This document shows positions 51,135 to 63,129 of a stretch of 64,000 bases of DNA, piece by piece. The DNA is from Camelus dromedarius (taxonomy: Eukaryota). Numbering within the stretch: the first letter of the stretch is position 1; every line of letters starts with the position of its first letter. Made by a program: the position numbers and the translations under genes. The stretch spans positions 33,482,001 to 33,546,000 of the forward strand of contig NC_087447.1 in the NCBI RefSeq assembly GCF_036321535.1. Direction: 5' to 3'. A model generated the notes under the pieces. That model saw only the letters and a list, made by a program, of their open reading frames with translations. It did not search any database and was not told the DNA's origin.

Positions 51135-51350
51135 TCACTATTGAGGGCCTACTATGCGCACAGGCTTTGATTCCTTACTACACATCTAAAGGGGGAAGGC
51201 TATTAATGTCCCCCCGCACGGCAGATGAGGAGTTTGATGTCAGAGTGGTTAAGTTACTTGCCCAAGACCACTGACCTAGTAAGTGGGCAGCAGGATTTGA
51301 ACCCAAATCTGTCTGACTTCAAATCACATCTTTCACTAGTCTCTGCCACC
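51135..51350 (-). mobile_element. MIR SINE
   Basis: cagatgaggag...agagtggttaagttacttgcccaagaccact..cctagtaagtgg..agcaggatttgaacccaaatctgtctgact. Confidence 0.8.
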
Positions 51351-52721
51351 TGAAAGTTTCTGAAGCTTGGAGACCTCTGTCTGATGTATCTTGTCCCAGA
51401 GAACTTCAGTCTATGGACTGCTGTAAGGAATAAAGACAAAGGTCCTTTCCCCTCCATCCAGTGCCACTGTCAAATGATACCCTCTACCTGTAGTCACAGT
51501 CCACATGACTGGAGAAGTCTTCCCTAACCCAGGAGACAGGGATTCTAGTGGAACTCTGCCAGTGACTGGCCCCTCATATCTCAGTTTCCTTACTTATTAA
51601 ACAGGATAATATCTGCCCTGGCCTGCCTTACTGACTCATTAAGAGTTAAATAATTAAGAGTGAACAGGTTCCAGACAGGTAAGAAAATCTTACTCCTTGT
51701 GAAGGCATTTTCACTTTGCATAGAGGTCCAGAATGGAGCAGAAGAAGCCTGAGATCAGGGTCAGATGACCAGAATACTAGTTCTTGATTCAGCCATTACT
51801 ACACCTTTGTGTTCTTGGACAAGTCATTTCCCTACTTTGAGCTCAGTGTCTTCACTCAGAAGATGATGTCATTGCACCAGACCAGTAATTCTTCAAATAT
51901 GGCCCACTGCCAAATAGTAGACCACATGCATTCTTTTGATGGGTCTAAAATTTGACTGAGAATAAAGATGCTTTTATTAATTTTATGAGTAAATGGCACC
52001 CTATTTCAAAGAGTTATTTTTATGAACAACTAAAGATTACTTACCAGTAAACTACTAAGTAGGTTACTGTAATTTGTTACCAGTCAACTAAAATTAATGT
52101 GTTTCTAGTTTACTAAGGACTTAAATATTTAGCAACAATCAACACTCCCACTGTGTATGAACATGTGTGGATGGCTGAAGGCCCACAGTTTTCAGGAAGA
52201 AGACACTGGTATCAAACTTATTAGTGCTATCCTGTTGATGGTGGCTCTCAGTTGCTGTTATGGCTGCTTATAAATTAATGTTAATTAGGCTCCATAATTG
52301 ACAATTTAGATTATGGTAGGTCATTTGTTTAACCCTACCACGTATGGTGATTCATACTTTAATCCACAGTGTTTGAGGCATATAATTTCAGTAGTTGGAG
52401 TATAAGGCATATAAGAATTGGATGGCAAACCAAATATTTATTGTGCACTGTTACTTAACAAGTTCTGATCGAGGTACTAGAATACTTCTGTGAACAAAAC
52501 AAGGTCCTGTCCTCCAAAACTGTACATGCCGTTGGAGGATTACAGACAATAAATACACAAAACAAGTAAGTAAGGTAATGGTGGGCATCCAAAAATTATG
52601 ATGAAAAAGACAAAGTAGGGTAATATGGTAGAGAGGGAATGAGAAAGTTACTTTAGTCCAGACCAAGGGCCTTCAAAAGTTTCTCTGAGGGGTAACATGC
52701 AAGTTAAGAACTGAATAATGA

Positions 52722-54063
52722 CAATGGAATAAAGACAGTGTCTTCAGCAAATGGTGTTGGGAAAACTGCACAGCAGCATGTAAAACAATGAAGCTAGAAC
52801 ACTCCCTTACATCATACACAAAAATAAACTCAAAATGGATCAAAGACTTAAACATAAGACAAGATACAATAAACCTCCTAGAGGAAAATAAAGGCAAAAC
52901 ATTATCTGACATACATCTCAAAAATTTTCTCCTAGAAGAAATAAAAGCAAGAATAAACAAATTGGACCTAATGAAACTTACAAGCTTCTGCACAGCAAAG
53001 GAAACCATAAGTAAAACAAAAAGACAACCTACGAAATGGGAAAAAATTTTTCCAAATGAAACCAACAAAGTCTTGATCTCCAGAATATATAAGCAGCTCA
53101 TACGACTCAATAAGAAAAAAATAAAAAACCCAATCCAAAAATGGGCAGAAGGCTTAAACAAGCGATTCTCCAAGGAAGACATACAAATGATCAATAGACA
53201 CATGAAAAAATGCTCAATATCACTAATTATCAGAGAAATGCAAATCAAAACTACCATGAGGTATCACCTCACACAAGTCAGAATGCTCATCATTCAAAAA
53301 TCCACAAATGACAAATGCTGGAGAGGCTGTGGAGAAAAGGGAACCCTCCTTTACTGCTGGTGGGAATGCAGTTTGGTGCAGCCACTGTGGAAAACAGTAT
53401 GGAGATTCCTCAAAAGACTAGGAATAGACTTACCATGTGACCCAGGAATCCCGCTCCTGGGTATATATCCAGAAGGGACCCTACTTCAGGATGACACCTG
53501 CACCCCAATGTTCACAGCAGCACTATTTACAATAGCCGAGACATGGAAAAAGCCTAAATGTCCATCAACAGATGACTGGATAAAGAAGATGTGGTATATT
53601 TATACAATGGAATACTACTCAGCCATAAAAACCGACAACATAAAACCATTTGCAGCAACATGGATGCTCCTGGAGAATGTCATTCTAAGTGAAGTAAGCC
53701 AGAAAGAGAAAGAAAAATACCATATGAGATCGCTCATATGTGGAATCTAAAAAAAAAAAAAAAAACCAAAGCATAAATACAAAACAGAAATAGACTCACA
53801 GACATAGAATACAAACTTGTGGTTGCCAAGGGGGCAGAGAGTGGGAAGAGATAGACTGGGATTTCAAAATTGTAGAATAGATAAACAAGATTATACTGTA
53901 TAGCACAGGGAAATACATACAAGATCTTATGGTAGCTCACAGAGAAAAAATGTGACAATGAATATATATATGTTCATGTATAACTGAAAAATTGTGCTCT
54001 ACACTGGAATTTGACACAACATTGTAAAATGATTATAAATCAATAAAAGATGTTTAAAAAAAA
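52722..54063 (+). mobile_element. Young 5'-truncated camelid-type L1 (ORF2 C-terminus open, 3' UTR, poly(A))
   Basis: ORF 52788-53750 is the L1 ORF2 C-terminus ([13 protein letters not shown]...[18 protein letters not shown]...[10 protein letters not shown]). Perfect 16-bp TSD aagaactgaataatga at 52706-52721 and 54064-54079, at a TT/AAGA endonuclease-type site. Confidence 0.97.
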
Positions 54064-54179
54064 AAGAACTGAATAATGAAAAGCAGGTGCATGAAGATCT
54101 AGGTGAACTGCACCCCAGGCAGAGGGAACAGCAAGTAAAAAGACTCTGAGGCAGGAACAAGCTTGGAGAGTATCATGGT

Positions 54180-54619
54180 TTGGACTGTCAGTCAGCAAAT
54201 GTATTCCTGTCCTCCTCCCACTGTGGGCAGAAGACACTACCCTGTCCCGTAATGGTGACACTGGCCATATGACCTGGCTTTGGCCAATGGAATATAAGCA
54301 GTTGTGACATGAGTGAAGGCTTAAAATGTGCCTGTGCGATATGCCTGCCCCCTGGGGCTTCTGCTTTGCCATGAGAAGAGCATGACTTGAGTAGTTGATG
54401 GTCCTTCATCCTGGGCTCCATGATGAACTGAGCTCAAACTACTCTGAGGAGCCAAATCCAGCTGGATTTACAGCTTCAAGCAGAATCTCCTACCCAAGCT
54501 CAGACAAGATCAGATGATTCAATCAACTTACAGTCCTATAAAAGTGAGGATAAATGCTTGTCATTTTATGCTCCTGGGTTGGGGAGTAGTTTATTACACA
54601 GCAATAGCTGACTGGTACA
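54180..54619 (+). mobile_element. MaLR LTR (MLT1H-like)
   Basis: tggccatatgacctggctttggccaatggaat...aggcttaaaatgtgcctgtgcg...ataaatgcttgtc...ttattacacagcaatagctgactggtaca. Confidence 0.8.
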
Positions 54620-56956
54620 GCATGTTCAGACAGAGAGAAGACTGGTTTGATTATAGTGAGCAAGGAAGTCAGCTTCCATACTCATGTACTGATGTGGGTG
54701 CGAGAGGAAGGAAACAGATATGGCAGAGCTTTACAAGAAAGGTTTTTAGTTTGGATTTTATTTTAAGTGTATTGGTAAGTCATTGGGGAGTTTTAAGCAT
54801 AAGAGTAACACTAGGCTGCCATATGTAGGATGGACAGCAGAGGTGCAAAAGTGGAAGATGGGATACCAGTTAGGTGGATATCATGATATTCCAAGCAAGA
54901 AACAATAGTAGCTTAGAGTAAAAATGAGGCTATGAAAATGCTGAGACGTGATATAAGTCAAGATATATTTTGGAGGTAGAGGAGATGGTACTAATGGACT
55001 GGATTTAGTGATGTGAAGATAACAAGGTTCAGGCATACTCCCTATGTTTAAGGTCTGAGAAGCTGAGTAGATGATGGAGCTGTTGACTGAGATGGAGAAG
55101 GATTGGAATAAGATGTCCAGAGTTGAGGAGTGGGAAGGGTGGGTGGTTTTGGCATCCTACATTTGAGATGTTAACTAGGCAGTTAGATGTTCAATTCTAC
55201 CTTTCAGGAGAGTGGTACAGACTTGAAATATAAATTTGAGTGTCCACAGTACATCGATGGTATTTGAAGCCATTAGACCAGAGGAGGTCACCTAAAGAGG
55301 TAGATAAGATAAGATACCTGAAGACAGAGCTTAGTCCAACATCTGGAGGTGTAGGAGCTGAGGACAAGTCAGCAAAGGACACAGGGAACTATGGGGCTTG
55401 TATAGTTTCCTACATCAGTTCAGTGTGGATCACCTGGAGTGTACACCTACTGGAGAGGTGTACATGAAGCCATTCTAGGTGGAAAGAACAGACTACAAAG
55501 TAGGAGTGAGTTCTTTTACCCCCACACCTCTCCCATCTCCAAAAAGCAGCACTGCTGTGGATTGGTGACATTAAGGGGCAGCGAGTAGAGTCATCATTGT
55601 GCCAGGGGGAGAGGTAAAGGCTAGGCCTACAGAGACTAGGATCCTTGAGTCTTCAGGAAAGGTGAAGTGTTTGCTCCTGCTTGGAAGGATTTCCAGTCAC
55701 TTCCCTCTTGGTGTCCCTTGCCTCTTTGAACTCCTTCCTTGCCTGGAGCCATTATAAGACATGGCCCAAAACTTCCTCCAGCCTGGGAAGATGTGCCCTC
55801 CACAGCCCTTCACCCCAAAGAGAGCCAAATAAGAACCAGACTGATGTCCAGGTAGAAACAACAGTCTCCTTTTAGAAAAAGAAGTCCTTCCTATGGCAAA
55901 GCTCATCTCATTAGAGGAAGGCACCAGAGTTTGGAGCCAAAGCCCTGGCTAATAATAAAAATATTCCTTTCTGACTCTTTGTCCTCTAGCCTTTTGCATC
56001 TCAAAGTATGTCCAGGGACCAACAGCATCATGCCAGGCAATGCAATGTGACACGTTCTTGAGTTGAGATAGAAAAATCCCACTGGTAGGACCACAAGGTT
56101 GGGTTCCAGCAGGGAAAAGTAAAAGGTCCACATCTAAAATGTTGACTCTGAGAACCAGATCCGCATCAAGGCAGAGGAAAAAGCACCACTGGGGCCACGA
56201 AGGCTTCAGGGATTGGTTTGTGTACAGAAAGCTACTGGTTGGACTTTACAACAAGAACATCAGAAATCCAGGAAGGATTAGAATAGCTTAAAAATTGATT
56301 TTGATCTTAAAATCAAAACAGGAAGACTGAGAAAGATAAAGAAGAAAAGGAAAGAGAAAACTCAGGACCAGTAAATAGTATTGGGCCTAAAAGTGGCAGA
56401 GAAGGAAATGAAGACGGTCAGAGTCATTTCAAAAAAAGTTAAACCTGCAGAAAGAAGGAAGGAAACACCAGAGGATCAAACTGAAAAGAAAACGCTAGGG
56501 GAAAAAAAGATTCAAATTCCTTTTCTGCAGGCAAAGAGGTGCTGGAAAAATATTATTCCTGACATCACTGAAACAGGAAGGTCACTTAAGCCTGCAGAAA
56601 TCAAATGCAGAGGGAAGGCAAAGTAGGTTTATGCTGCGACATGGGGCACTGGCAGCGGCAGGAATCTGTTAAGGGGCTTCTCCATGAGAACCAAGGAAGG
56701 AAGGAGTCCTAAATCTAAGGAACCCCAGGGCCACAGGGCAGTCACGGAAGCTGCGTGACCTAAATGGCATCACAAGGCTAAGAAAGCTTCCAGATCCTGA
56801 AGTTTTAGAAAATGACACAAAGGAGAGGAGTAGCTCCACCACTTCCCAGGTGAGTGACCTTGGACAAAGTCCCTAACTTCTGAAGAACAGGGGTAACAAC
56901 AGCGTGCATTCCATAGGGTTGTTGCAATGACTGAGTGGATTAGAAAAGTGTCTGGC

Positions 56957-58029
56957 CATACAGATGGCCAATAGGCACATGAAAAGATGCTCAGTATTGC
57001 TAATTATCAGAGAAAGGCAAATCAAAACTACAATGACATATCACCTCATACCATACCAGAAGGGCCATCATTAAAAAGTTTACAAATAATAAATGCTGGA
57101 GAGGGTGTGGGAAAAGGGGACCCCTCCTATACTGTTGGTGGGAATGTAGTTCGGTGCAGCCATTAAAGAGATTCCTTAAAAAGCTAAAAATAGAGTTACC
57201 ATATGATCCAGCAATCCCACTCCTGGGTGTATACCAAGAGGGAACTCTAATTCGAAAAGATACATGCACCCCAATGTTCACAGCAGCACTATTTACAATA
57301 GCCAAGACATGGAAGCAACCTAAATTTCCATTGACAGATGACTGAATTAAAAAAGTTGTGGTATACATATATACCACATTATTTATATATATATATATAA
57401 ATATATATGTATATGTGTGTATATATATACATATATATATTATTTATATACATACACATATATATGTATATGTGTCACACATATACATATATATGTATAT
57501 ATATAAACATAATATATATTATATGCATAGAATTTATATATAATGGAATACTACTCAGCCATAAAAAAGAATTAAATAATGCCATTTGCAGCAACATGCA
57601 TGGACCTAGAGATCATTTTACCAAGTGAAGTCAGACAGAGAATGACAAATATCACATAATGTCACATGTGGAATCTAAAAAAATACAAGCAGACTTATTT
57701 ACAAAGAAGAAACAGACTCACAGACATAAAAAACAAACTCATGATTACCAAAGGGGGAAAGGAGGAGAGGAGGGATAAATTAGGAGTTTGGGATTGGCAA
57801 ATATTAGCTACTATATATAAAATAGATAAACAACCAGGTCCTACTCTACAGCACAGGGACCTATATTCAGTATCATATAATAACCTATGATGAAGAATTT
57901 ATATATAACTGAATCACTATGCTGTACACCAGAAACTAACACAACATTGTAAATCAACTATACTTCAATAAAAGAAAAATAAATAGATTAAATAAATAAT
58001 TTTGTTTCACTGAGCTGCAAAAAAAAAAA
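56957..58029 (+). mobile_element. 5'-truncated L1 (ORF2 end plus 3' UTR) inserted into a MIR
   Basis: ORF2 remnants ([37 protein letters not shown]), 3' UTR and poly(A). TSD aaaagtgtctggc (56944-56956) / aaaagtgcctggc (58030-58042). MIR sequence on both sides (about 56830-56956 and 58030-58070). Confidence 0.93.
57361..57541. repeat. Compound (TA)n/(CA)n/(TG)n microsatellite inside the L1
   Basis: About 180 bp of imperfect alternating TA-rich dinucleotides. Confidence 0.95.
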
Positions 58030-58979
58030 AAAAGTGCCTGGCATGTAGTCAGTACTCAGTAAGTGCTAGCTTAAACTCCATGATGACAGAGATTACTGTA
58101 TGTGACTACTGCAAGTCTAGGCACTAGAACAGGATGCGGCAGATAGTGGTTGCTCAATAAACACTTGTTGAGTGAATGAACAGTTCTCTCTCTGAATCTC
58201 CGTCCTAGTATAAGAATAAGCTTGAGGGTGAAGTGGATCAGAGTTACTGTTTATCTCGTCTATCTCTGGGTGAGTCCTTTAAAAACTGCCTCTCCAGGCC
58301 ACTTGAGTTTTCTGGACCCAACGTCCTTTCTCACTCCATCCCCCACTGTACCTCAAGCATTCCCTCCAAGAAGCCCTGCAGACAGTGAAGAGAGGTCACT
58401 TCCTCTCTGTTGTGTGCCCAGGGAAATGGTTGGAAAAGATGTCCATTAACAGGTCTGGCAATCACCTGGCTGAAACCCACCCAAATCCCACTGCACATCA
58501 GTTCAGCAAGGGGCTCCCTATCACTGTCACTTCCCAGGGTTTCCAGGAAGACACTGTTAAAAGAATGACAGAAATGAGAAAGGGCCTTCACCATGCTGCA
58601 GCTCCCACCCTCTCTGCCTCGACAGAAAATGTAAATACTGGCAGACAAGGGGCTGGGTTATTTATTGTCTGCTGGGAACGTCTGAAGAGCTCCGAGGCAC
58701 AGCAGGAAGCTCAGAGACAGCATTCATTCATGGCAAGCACCTGGCTCCCAAGAAGCAACCTGACAAGGGTGGTGTGTGTCCAGCCCACCCCCAAGTACAG
58801 CCTGGGGGACATGGAGACACTGACCCTGCAGGAGCTCACTCCTACCCAAGGGCTCTCTCTTACGCAGGCTTCACTGGGCAAGGTCAGCAGGCCCTGGAAG
58901 GCTCTCCAAGCCGCCACCATCTCAGCGATCTCTGGTCTGTGGCTGCCCTCCCGACCTGCCTAGAGCTTTTGAAAATGAC

Positions 58980-59140
58980 AGCTGTGCTGTTCCATACGGT
59001 AGCCAGTGCAGTGTGACTACTGAGCACCTGAAATGCGGCTATTACAGCTGGGGAGCTAAATTTTTTAATTTTATTTAATTCTCATTCATTTACATTTAAA
59101 TAACTGCAATGGTGTGTGACGACTGTAGCAGACAGTACTG
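58980..59140. mobile_element. MER3-like hAT MITE
   Basis: gctgtgctgttccatacggtagcca...gactactgagcacctgaaatgcggcta...aattttttaattttatttaatt. Confidence 0.75.
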
Positions 59141-60269
59141 TGCTACGGTGACAAAAGAGCCCTCTTGCACCTCTGCCCCCAGTTCTGATGCTTCAGTGAG
59201 TAGCTGCTCCAATCGAAACCACGCTTGCAAGGAACACACTAATTTAAGCCAAGTCTGACCCCGCTTCCTGGAGTTAAAGACCAGTGCACTGCCACCTCTG
59301 GAAATACATACATAAGCCCCATCCCTCACACCTCCACAGCTCTTAACTAGTCTACAAAGATCTTCCCCAGATGGTACCTCACTGGTGATTCACAGACCCC
59401 TGCAAAATAGGTATTATTTCCCCCACTTTACAAGAAAGGATGGTCCAATGTCATGAAGTTAGTCTTGGCCAAGTTGGGACTTGAATCCAGAGCCCAGGCT
59501 ATTACTGAATTTTACCAGAGAAGAATGAAGGAAAAAGAGAAACAACTTTTTTGAAAACACCCAATTTTCTTCAAAGTATAAAAGCAGCAAAGTGATCCAG
59601 ATTTTGATTCCACAGCAGCTCACATCACTGTCTCCCAGGACCTTGTCTGCAAGCTGAAGCGCTCCTGCTTAAAACCATCAGTGATCCCTTATTATCTGCA
59701 AACTCTGGTCCAGCAAACCCAGCACCCCTAATGGCACCTCAGCACCTTTCTTTCCCATTCATTCATTCGGTCTGTTTGCGCTGAGCACGTCTGTGCGCCA
59801 GCGTTCTGCCAGGCACAGCACCTCTGCCCAGACGGTCTCCTGTCTGCTCCACAACCTGTCCCCACCCACCAAGGCTCAGAGCATCCTCTTCTGGGACGTT
59901 TACCCAGAAAACACACCCACCTCCAACCTGCAGCAGAAATATCTGCTATGGTCTTATAATCCTTTACCTTACGTTTTCTCACGCTGCTTAGAGTTGGTAC
60001 AAATCCTTCCCTGTGCTCCTCAACTGAGTATTATACTAGGATGCAGTAGTTGAACACCACAAAGAACCTAACTCAGGGAGCTGATACCTGGTGTGGAAAA
60101 ACAACATCAAATTCACATATAAATACAAAACCAGTTATGCCTTTCCTCACACTCTAGTACCATTTTTAAGACAGTGCCATTTCTCCTGTGACATATTCTG
60201 AGTCTATTAACCGACTGCCCTCTCTTGCCCACCTCTGATCTATCCTGTATGCAATAGTCAGTGATCTTT

Positions 60270-60452
60270 CTTTCTTTTTAAATGTTTGTTTTATTCTTTT
60301 TTAAGCTTTCTTTAAGCTTTTTTTAAAAGCGGTAATTAGGTTTATTTATGTATGTATTTATTTATTCATTTGATGGATGTACTGGGGTTTGAACCCAGGA
60401 CCTCATGTATACTAAGCACATGCTCTACCACTGAGCTATATACCCTCTTCCC
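60270..60452 (-). mobile_element. tRNA-derived SINE, camelid Vic-1-like (long tail form)
   Basis: Minus strand gagggtatatagctcagtggtagagcatgtgcttagtatacatgaggtcctgggttcaaaccccagtac...aataaataaacctaattacc plus A-rich tail; A and B boxes clear. Confidence 0.9.
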
Positions 60453-61619
60453 ACGTATAAATACAAACAATTCCTGACAGTTCCATCTCAGAGCATTGCA
60501 CAGTGCCTGTATAATAGTCACTATTAGCAAATATTTGATTTCTTGCTCACTCTGAATTTTTGCAAATGGAAAACTTATCATAGAATCTTGTAGAGCATTC
60601 CATGGAAATATTATCAATGATAACATGAACTGTGGCTGACACACACTGAACATTAGGTGCCAACTGCTTGCTAATCTCTCTGCAGGAGTGATGCTCCTTA
60701 ATCTTTACAACAGTCTTAAATTCCTTAATCTTATCCTTATCCTCAATATGAGGTGGATACTACCATTGTCTGCCTGTTTTACAGGTGGGTAAACTGAGGC
60801 ACAAAGAAGTTAAAGAACTTGGTCAGAGTCATATTCCCTTTGACCATTATCATATATTCATGGATGTCTAGTAACAACTTACTGCAATTGATGGCAATAA
60901 CTATTGCTTTTTATAAGTAAATTGCCCCCACTTGGCCAATGGAAGCCTTTTCAGTTCACCTCTCAGCCATTTTTTACACTAACTCAGATAGATCTGAAAG
61001 TAGATAACTCCATATCATCATGTTGTTCCCTAGCCCTAAATTTTGTAATTAGCTGTATCCAGAGAGCTTTGGTCCTTTTCAATGGAGAACAATATTAGAG
61101 CCAAAAGAGCATGCTGGAGGGCCACGACTCAAATCAGGCTATCAGACTCAGGAGCCTGAACAGCTCTGGAGTAGGGGGGGAAATAATAAAAACAATAAAG
61201 GAAATAAAAATGAATAGTAGGGAGAATGCTATGCACAACTAGGAGATGGAGGTGTGGGGAAGGAATGAAAGGCCTGGAAATTACTGAGTTTTGCTTTATA
61301 AATTTTAAGATTATTTTCTTTGCTACAGTGAGAAAGGACTTAGTAATTTAAAAGATAAATACAGAACATTCCATAGAGTAAATAAACTAAAGCCACACTT
61401 TGAACAGTGGTCAGTGGAGTGCAGGCCTGACCTGAACCCCCATGGACCGAGTAGACCTCTGTCCCTTCTGGACGGAGAGAAGAGCCAAGATGGTTCTAGA
61501 ACTTCTAGAACTTCTAGACTGTTGCCAAGGATCAGCTCCTACTCCTGTGGGATGCCAGCCCCTCTCACCTGTGCAAGGACCTCCCTCCTGCTATTAACCC
61601 CATCTCTGCTGCATCATCC

Positions 61620-63090
61620 TTTTTTATTTATTGAAGTACAGTTGATTTACAATATTGTGTTAGTTCCAGATGTACAGCATAGTGATTCAGGGAGGGTTTG
61701 CAGATTATATTCCATTATAGGTTATTACAAGATATTGAGTATAATTCTGTGCTATACAATGTATTTTGTCTATGTTCTCTTCTAGGAGTTTTATGGTGTC
61801 TTGTCTTGTATCTAGGTCTTTAAACAATTTTGAGTTTATTTTTGTGTAAGGTATAAGGGAGTGTTCTAATTTCATTGATTTACACGTAGCTGTCAAGCTT
61901 TCCCAACTTGTTGAAGAGACTGTCTTTTCTCCATCGTATATTCTTAGCTACTTTGTCGTAAATTAATTGACTGCAGGTGCATGGATTTATTTCCAGGCTC
62001 TCTGTTCTGTTCCATTTATCTATTGATCTGTTTTTGTGCCCATACCACACTGTTATGATTACTGTAGTTTTGTACTAGAGTCTGAAATCTCCTGGAAGAG
62101 TTATACCTCCAGCTTTGTTCTTTTTTCCTCAGGATTACTTTAGCAATCCTGGGTCTTCTGTGGTTCCATATAAATTTTGGGATTATTTGTTCTAGTTCTG
62201 TGAAAATGTCGTCGATATTTTGATAGAGATTGCATTAAATCTATAGATAGCCTTGAGTAGTATAGCCATTTTAACAATATTAATTTTTCCATTCCAAGAG
62301 CATGGGATATCTTTCCATTTCTTTGAATTATCTTCAATTTACCTTATAAATGTTTCATAGTTTTCAGCATATAGTTTTTTCACTTCCTTGGTTAAGTTTA
62401 TTCATAGGTATTTTTGACATGATTTTAAATGGTATTGTTTTTCACTTTCTGATATTTCATTATCAGCATTAAGAAACACAACAGATTTCTGTATATTAAT
62501 CTTGTATCCTGCTAGCTTGCTGAATTCACTGATTAGTTCTAGTAGGTTTTTTGTGGAGGCTTTAGGGTCTCTGTATAGAGTATCATGTCATCTGCAAATA
62601 GTGACAGTTTTAGCTCCTCCCTTCCAATTCAAATCATTTTTATTTCTTTTTCTTGACTGATTGTTGTGGCTAAGACTTCCAATACTATGTTGAAAAGAAG
62701 CCATGTAAGTGGGCATCCTTGTCTTCTTACTGAATTTAGTGGGAACTAAACATTGAGTATGATGTTGACTGTGGTTTTGTTGTAAATGGCTTTTATTCTT
62801 TGACATTTGCTCCCTCTATACCCAGTTTGATAAGAGTTTGTATCATGAATGGATGTTGAATTTTGTCAAATATTTTTTCTGCATCTATTGAGATGATCAT
62901 GCATTTTTTGTCCTTTCTTTTGTTCCTGTGGTGTATCACACTGATTTTTATATGTTGAAACACCCTTTTTTGTATTTATGTAGTATTAGGTTTTTTTCTC
63001 CTTTTTCATTTTGTATTTGTTTATGTGGGTCCTATTTCTTTTCTTCTTAATGAGCCTGGCTAAACATGTTTGTAGATTTTGTTTATCTCC
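61620..63090 (-). mobile_element. L1 (3' UTR end plus ORF2 RT-to-C-terminal region) with internal deletions
   Basis: Minus ORFs [35 protein letters not shown] and others; tcatgtcatctgcaaa (FADDM motif on minus) at about 62583-62598. Confidence 0.92.
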
Positions 63091-63129
63091 TGCATCATTC
63101 TTAATTGTCTTTACTACATTATTCCCACC

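Larger units (their letters stand above)
52430..55380 (-). mobile_element. L2 element split by a young L1 and an MLT1 LTR
   Basis: caaatatttattgtgcact tail at the left. The GA-rich L2 body is colinear across 52430-52721, 54080-54175 (ccaggcagagggaacagcaagt) and 54620-55380. Confidence 0.75.

Noticed and set aside
52673..53257. 194-aa hydrophobic minus-strand ORF
   Set aside because: Antisense shadow of the A-rich L1 ORF2, a well-known artefact.
52788..53750. 320-aa ORF as a host gene
   Set aside because: It is the C-terminal part of L1 ORF2 in a 5'-truncated copy lacking promoter, endonuclease and RT.
55385..56630. Possible ancient L1 5'/ORF1 or HAL1 relic
   Set aside because: A-rich stretch is suggestive, but I could not match diagnostic motifs.
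58385..58963. 192-aa ORF
   Set aside because: GTG start, no recognisable domain, no supporting exon structure; consistent with a chance ORF.
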